In this document: in pieces, positions 59,947 through 64,000 of the stretch
Numbering within the stretch: the stretch's first letter is position 1
Layout: every line of letters starts with the position of its first letter
NCBI GenBank assembly: GCA_963804995.1
Contig: CAWDSK010000008.1
Span: forward strand, 32,001-96,000
Reading direction: 5' to 3'
Source: an uncultured Acidobacteriota bacterium
Lineage (GTDB): Bacteria > Acidobacteriota > Terriglobia > UBA7540
DNA: 64,000 nt
Position numbers and translations under genes: made by a program
The notes under the pieces: generated by a model
What the model was told of the DNA's origin: nothing
The model's database searches: none
What the model saw: the letters and a program-made list of their open reading frames with translations, nothing else

Positions 59947-60078
59947 CAGAAGGGATTGATTCATCGGCTCATTGCTTCATCGGATCATTGACGGGGACGT
60001 ATCGAGAGTTGGCCAAGGATTTAATTGTTGTGGGGGATTTAGCTAGCCCGTTACTTGCCGCTCTTCATTCTTCTTGAA

Positions 60079-60094
60079 TGTCGGCGCGTCGACA
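60079..60094. promoter_or_regulatory. 16-bp palindrome TGTCGGCGCGTCGACA (copy 2 of 3)
   Basis: Intergenic glyS-ppdK; followed by TAGTA. Confidence 0.6.
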
Positions 60095-60362
60095 TAGTAA
60101 AAAACGTCACGCTCTGCACTCAGTTGCTTGTTGTAAAAACCCCGGAAATGGGCCAGAATCTTGGGCTCATTCTGTGCTGGCTACCCTCTCCACAATAGGG
60201 ATTATGGGCGGCTATGAACTCTTATGAGGGGAATTGAAGGGATGTAAAGGACCACGGACGAGGGACCGCTGGCATCCAAATAAACTTGAACTTTCAACCT
60301 TTAACTTTGAACCAAAATCTGCAAACTGAATTCTGAGAACCAACAATTCGAAAGGAGCAATC

Positions 60363-63068
60363 ATGGAGAAGTACGTTTATTTTTTTGGAGGCGGGAAAGC
60401 TGATGGCCACGGGGCCATGAAGGATGTTCTGGGAGGAAAAGGTGCGGGCCTGGCGGAAATGACCAACGCCGGTTTGCCGGTTCCTCCGGGATTCACCATT
60501 GTGACTTCTGCTTGCCGCCTTTATTTCCAGAATAACAATCAGACCCCCGCTGACATTCTCACCCAGAAGGACGAGGCGCTCGCGAAGCTCGAGGCGCTGC
60601 TCGGGCAGAAGTTGGGTAACCCGAACAACCCCTTGCTGGTTTCCGTGCGCTCCGGCGCCAAGTTTTCCATGCCCGGCATGATGGATACCATCCTGAACCT
60701 GGGTATGAACGACGCCGTCGTCGAGGTGATTGCGCGCAAGACCGGCAATCCGCGCTTTGCCTACGACAGCTATCGGCGCTTCATCCAGATGTTCGGCAAC
60801 GTGGTGATGGAAATTCCCAAGGACAAGTTCGAGCACGTCTTCGACGGCCAGAAGAAGAAAAAGAAGATCAAGCTCGACACGGATCTCACCGCCCAGGATC
60901 TGCAGCAGGTCATCGCGGACTACAAGAAAGTGGTTCGCAAGAAAGCCGGCAAAGACTTCCCGCAGGACCCGCAAGTGCAGCTCAACATGGCGATCGAGGC
61001 CGTGTTCCGCTCCTGGTACAACCCCCGCGCGCATACCTATCGCCGCATGAACAAGATTTCTGACGATCTGGGAACGGCCGTGAACGTCCAGACCATGGTC
61101 TTCGGCAATATGGGAGAGACCTCCGGCACGGGCGTGGGCTTTACGCGTGACCCGGCCACGGGCGCCAAGGAGTTCTACGGCGAGTTCCTGATGAATGCCC
61201 AGGGCGAAGACGTGGTGGCGGGCGTACGCACCCCGGTGCCGATCAAGGAACTGGAAAAGATCATGCCGGAGGTTTATAACCAGCTCCGTGAAATCACCAC
61301 TCGCCTCGAGAAGCATTACAAAGACGTGCAGGATTTTGAGTTCACCATTCAGGAAGGCAAGCTCTACATGCTTCAGACCCGCAACGGCAAGCGTACCGGG
61401 CCTGCGGCGGTGCGGATCGCCGTGGAGATGGTCAAAGAGGGCCTGCTGACTCCCAAGGAAGCCATTCTGCGCGTTGAGCCCGAGCAGTTGAACCAGTTGT
61501 TGCACCCGGTGCTGGATGAGTCGAAACCCCTGAAGACCATTGCCCGAGGCCTGCCGGCTTCACCCGGAGCGGCCGTGGGACGCGTGGTATTTACGGCGGA
61601 CGAGGCCGTGGTGGCGGGGAAGTCCGGTCCCGTGGTATTAGTGCGCGGCGAGACCGTGCCGGATGATATTCATGGTATGGAAGTGGCCGTAGGCATTCTC
61701 ACCTCCCGCGGCGGCATGACTTCGCACGCGGCCGTGGTAACGCGCGGCATGGGCAAACCCTGTGTGGCGGGCTGCGGTGAGGTCGAAGTGGACGAGAAAT
61801 CCCGGCAGATCAAAGTTGGCACTCTGGTCATCAAGGATGGCGACTGGATTTCGCTTGATGGTTCAACGGGCCGCGTGATTCTGGGCAAAACGAATCTGGT
61901 GGAGCCTGATCCGCACAGCGGCGTCTTTGCCGAGTTCATGAAGTGGGCTGACGAATTTCGCGAGCTGGGTGTGCGCGCCAATGCGGACATCCCGCGCGAC
62001 GCCACCGTCGCCCGGCGCTTTGGAGCGGAAGGCATCGGCCTGTGCCGCACTGAGCATATGTTCTTCGCCAAGGATCGGCTGCCGCACGTGCAGCGCATGA
62101 TCATGGCTTGCAAGGAGACTCAGGACCCGAAGGAAGCGGCCAAATACGAAAAGGAACGTCGCGCCGCGCTCCTGAAGATCCTGCCCATGCAGCGCCAGGA
62201 CTTCTTCGGGCTCTTCAAGGCCATGGACGGGTTGCCGGTCACCATCCGCACGCTCGACCCGCCGCTGCACGAGTTCCTGCCCAAGCGGGAAGAGTTGATG
62301 GTGGAGATTGCGACGCTCGAAGCGACCAAGAAGCGGAGCCCTAAGCTCCCTGGACTCAGGAAGCTACTGGAAGTAGTTGAAGGATTACATGAATTCAATC
62401 CCATGCTGGGGTTGCGCGGTTGCCGGCTGGGCATCATGTATCCCGAGATTACGGAGATGCAGGCGCGCGCCATCTTCGAAGCGGCCTGCGATTGCAAGAA
62501 AAAGGGAATTGAAGCAAAGCCTGAAGTTATGATTCCTCTGGTGGGTGATGTAAAGGAGTTGCAGGCGCAGAAGGAGATCGTGAACCGCGTCGCCGCCGAG
62601 GTATTTGCGAAGAAGGGCGTCAAGGTTGAGTATCTGGTGGGGACGATGATCGAGCTCCCGGCCGCGGCTCTGTCGGCGGGTGAGATCGCCCAGGAAGCGG
62701 AGTTCTTCAGCTTCGGCACCAACGATCTGACGCAGACCACTTTCGGAATATCGCGCGACGACTGCGCCAAGATCATCAAGGCTTACGTCAACTTGAAGAT
62801 CTGGCCGGCGGACCCGTTCGCGGTGCTCGACCCGAAGCGTGTGGGGAGGCTGCTGAAGCTCGCCACCAAGGAAGGCCGCGAAGCCCGCGAAAAGTTGAAG
62901 GTGGGAATCTGCGGCGAACACGGCGGCGATCCCTCGTCCATCGAGGTTTGCGCCGAGGCGGGTTTGAATTACGTAAGCTGCTCGCCTTACCGCGTGCCGA
63001 TCGCACGGCTCGCGGCCGCCCAAGCCGCCGTGAAGAAACAGATGGGGAAGGCTTACACCACGGCTTAA
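60363..63068 (+). CDS. ppdK: Pyruvate, phosphate dikinase
   Basis: LGGKGAGLAEM, LVSVRSGA..SMPGMMDT, GGMTSHAAVV, GIGLCRTEHMF, FSFGTNDLTQ and GICGEHGG. Confidence 0.98.
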   Translation: MEKYVYFFGGGKADGHGAMKDVLGGKGAGLAEMTNAGLPVPPGFTIVTSACRLYFQNNNQTPADILTQKDEALAKLEALLGQKLGNPNNPLLVSVRSGAKFSMPGMMDTILNLGMNDAVVEVIARKTGNPRFAYDSYRRFIQMFGNVVMEIPKDKFEHVFDGQKKKKKIKLDTDLTAQDLQQVIADYKKVVRKKAGKDFPQDPQVQLNMAIEAVFRSWYNPRAHTYRRMNKISDDLGTAVNVQTMVFGNMGETSGTGVGFTRDPATGAKEFYGEFLMNAQGEDVVAGVRTPVPIKELEKIMPEVYNQLREITTRLEKHYKDVQDFEFTIQEGKLYMLQTRNGKRTGPAAVRIAVEMVKEGLLTPKEAILRVEPEQLNQLLHPVLDESKPLKTIARGLPASPGAAVGRVVFTADEAVVAGKSGPVVLVRGETVPDDIHGMEVAVGILTSRGGMTSHAAVVTRGMGKPCVAGCGEVEVDEKSRQIKVGTLVIKDGDWISLDGSTGRVILGKTNLVEPDPHSGVFAEFMKWADEFRELGVRANADIPRDATVARRFGAEGIGLCRTEHMFFAKDRLPHVQRMIMACKETQDPKEAAKYEKERRAALLKILPMQRQDFFGLFKAMDGLPVTIRTLDPPLHEFLPKREELMVEIATLEATKKRSPKLPGLRKLLEVVEGLHEFNPMLGLRGCRLGIMYPEITEMQARAIFEAACDCKKKGIEAKPEVMIPLVGDVKELQAQKEIVNRVAAEVFAKKGVKVEYLVGTMIELPAAALSAGEIAQEAEFFSFGTNDLTQTTFGISRDDCAKIIKAYVNLKIWPADPFAVLDPKRVGRLLKLATKEGREAREKLKVGICGEHGGDPSSIEVCAEAGLNYVSCSPYRVPIARLAAAQAAVKKQMGKAYTTA

Positions 63069-63182
63069 GCGGGTTCTAGGTGCTGGGGGCTGGGGACTGG
63101 CTCCAGCCCTCCCCTCTTCGGTGTTTCGAGTAGGGCAGGTGAGCGCCATCCAGACTTAAAGTAATACTTTAACTGTTTCTCT

Positions 63183-63222
63183 AAGGCCACGGACTCTACG
63201 GAGGTTCGTGGCCTTTTCTTTT
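63183..63222 (+). terminator. Rho-independent terminator downstream of ppdK
   Basis: aaggccacgga..ttcgtggcctt followed by ttctttt. Confidence 0.65.
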
Positions 63223-63230
63223 GCCGATTA

Positions 63231-63304
63231 CTCACCGCAGAGACGCAGAGGCGAAGAGGTTTGAATGTGTAAATATCTTCTCTGCGTCTCAGCGTCTCCG
63301 CGGT
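63231..63304. repeat. CACCGCAGAGACGCAGAG-family palindromic element
   Basis: accgcagagacgcagag ... ctctgcgtctcagcgtctccgcggt; same family as the cargo at 38309-38389. Confidence 0.8.
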
Positions 63305-63339
63305 AGGAAGGGTAAGTCTGATTGCTCCCCCGGTCCCCG

Positions 63340-63355
63340 TGTCGACGCGTCGACA
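63340..63355. promoter_or_regulatory. Perfect 16-bp palindrome TGTCGACGCGTCGACA (copy 3 of 3)
   Basis: Followed by TAGTA, as in copy 2. Confidence 0.6.
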
Positions 63356-63451
63356 TAGTACTGACGGGTCGCTGGCACTGCTCCTCCTCCCTTGCCGTTT
63401 CAAAATTGGTTTCCCCGCTTCGCTGCTTTGGGTTATCCTAACCCCGCCAAC

Positions 63452-64000
63452 ATGAACATTGATCCGGGCGCCACAAGTCCACAACCCCGCGCCGACAATT
63501 CCGGCTGGATCCGCCAGATGCCACTCGTGGGTGTGGCCGCCGTGACGGTCCTTACTTATGCCGCCACGCTGGGCTTCGGTTTTGTTTTTGACGATCACGG
63601 TCTCATTGAAAACAACGGCGCCCTTCGTTCCTGGAGATATTTTCCCAGCTACTTTACGTCCCACATTTGGAGTTTTCGCTACCCGCACTTGCTGGCCAAT
63701 TACTACCGGCCCTTCTTTCTGACCTGGCTGCGGGTGAACTATATTTTGTTTGGGCTTCGCCCGTGGGGCTGGCACCTTACTTCCGTCCTGACCCATGTGG
63801 CCGTGACCTGCCTGGTGTATTGGCTGGTCGTCCGGCTTGCCCGGGATGGCTGGGTCGCGGGCGTAGCGGCATTAGTCTTCGCTCTTCACCCTGTGCAAGC
63901 TGAGGCAGTTTCCGACATCACTTCGGTGCAAGAACCGCTCTCCACGTTTTTCCTGCTAGCCGGCGTTCTGGCCTGGCTGCACATGCGCGAACCGGCGCGG
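63452..64000 (+). CDS. TMTC-like GT-C membrane glycosyltransferase; 3'-truncated by window edge and absent from the ORF track
   Basis: Translates MNIDPG...YAATLGFGFVFDDHGLIENN...NYYRPLF...GWHLTSVLTH...FALHPVQAEAV. Confidence 0.85.
   Translation, partial: MNIDPGATSPQPRADNSGWIRQMPLVGVAAVTVLTYAATLGFGFVFDDHGLIENNGALRSWRYFPSYFTSHIWSFRYPHLLANYYRPFFLTWLRVNYILFGLRPWGWHLTSVLTHVAVTCLVYWLVVRLARDGWVAGVAALVFALHPVQAEAVSDITSVQEPLSTFFLLAGVLAWLHMREPAR

Noticed and set aside
60294..61505. Long minus-strand ORFs opposite ppdK and other GC-rich genes
   Set aside because: Antisense shadows caused by codon bias.

Overview
GC-rich bacterial chromosomal window. Gene content (Acidobacterial-type VWA protein, multi-module ankyrin protein ending LLRQHGGHE, recO-glyQ-glyS-ppdK block) suggests an Acidobacteriota/Terriglobia-like genome (inference). 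1-18.3 kb is a Wzx/Wzy surface-polysaccharide locus (O-antigen ligase, two wzx copies, wzy, GT4s, methyltransferases, heparinase II/III protein, bi-domain oxidoreductase, wecB, sugar transferase). It is followed by a FecR-like protein, an ankyrin protein, an IS3 remnant, tRNA-Leu(UAA), sugar-catabolic genes, secreted hypotheticals, D-aminoacylase, mlaEF, a CpsB phosphatase, a GntR/ABC module, a two-component system plus ECF sigma factor, pgm, recO, glyQS, ppdK and a TMTC-like glycosyltransferase. About 25 small frameshifts, including one in glyS, look like consensus sequencing errors. The most interesting signals are non-coding: (1) a nested system in which three different IS-end (MITE) shells, some with target-site duplications, each carry REP-like palindromic cargo, and related palindromes are translated in frame inside proteins including GlyS; (2) a candidate sigma54-driven ~108-nt sRNA with its own terminator (40568-40702, minus strand); (3) a 16-bp palindrome TGTCG(G/A)CGCGTCGACA found three times in 8 kb (parS-like site or operator); (4) a long structured leader and tandem regulator boxes upstream of an orphan ECF sigma factor. 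Protein family calls are from motif recognition only; no database searches were run.
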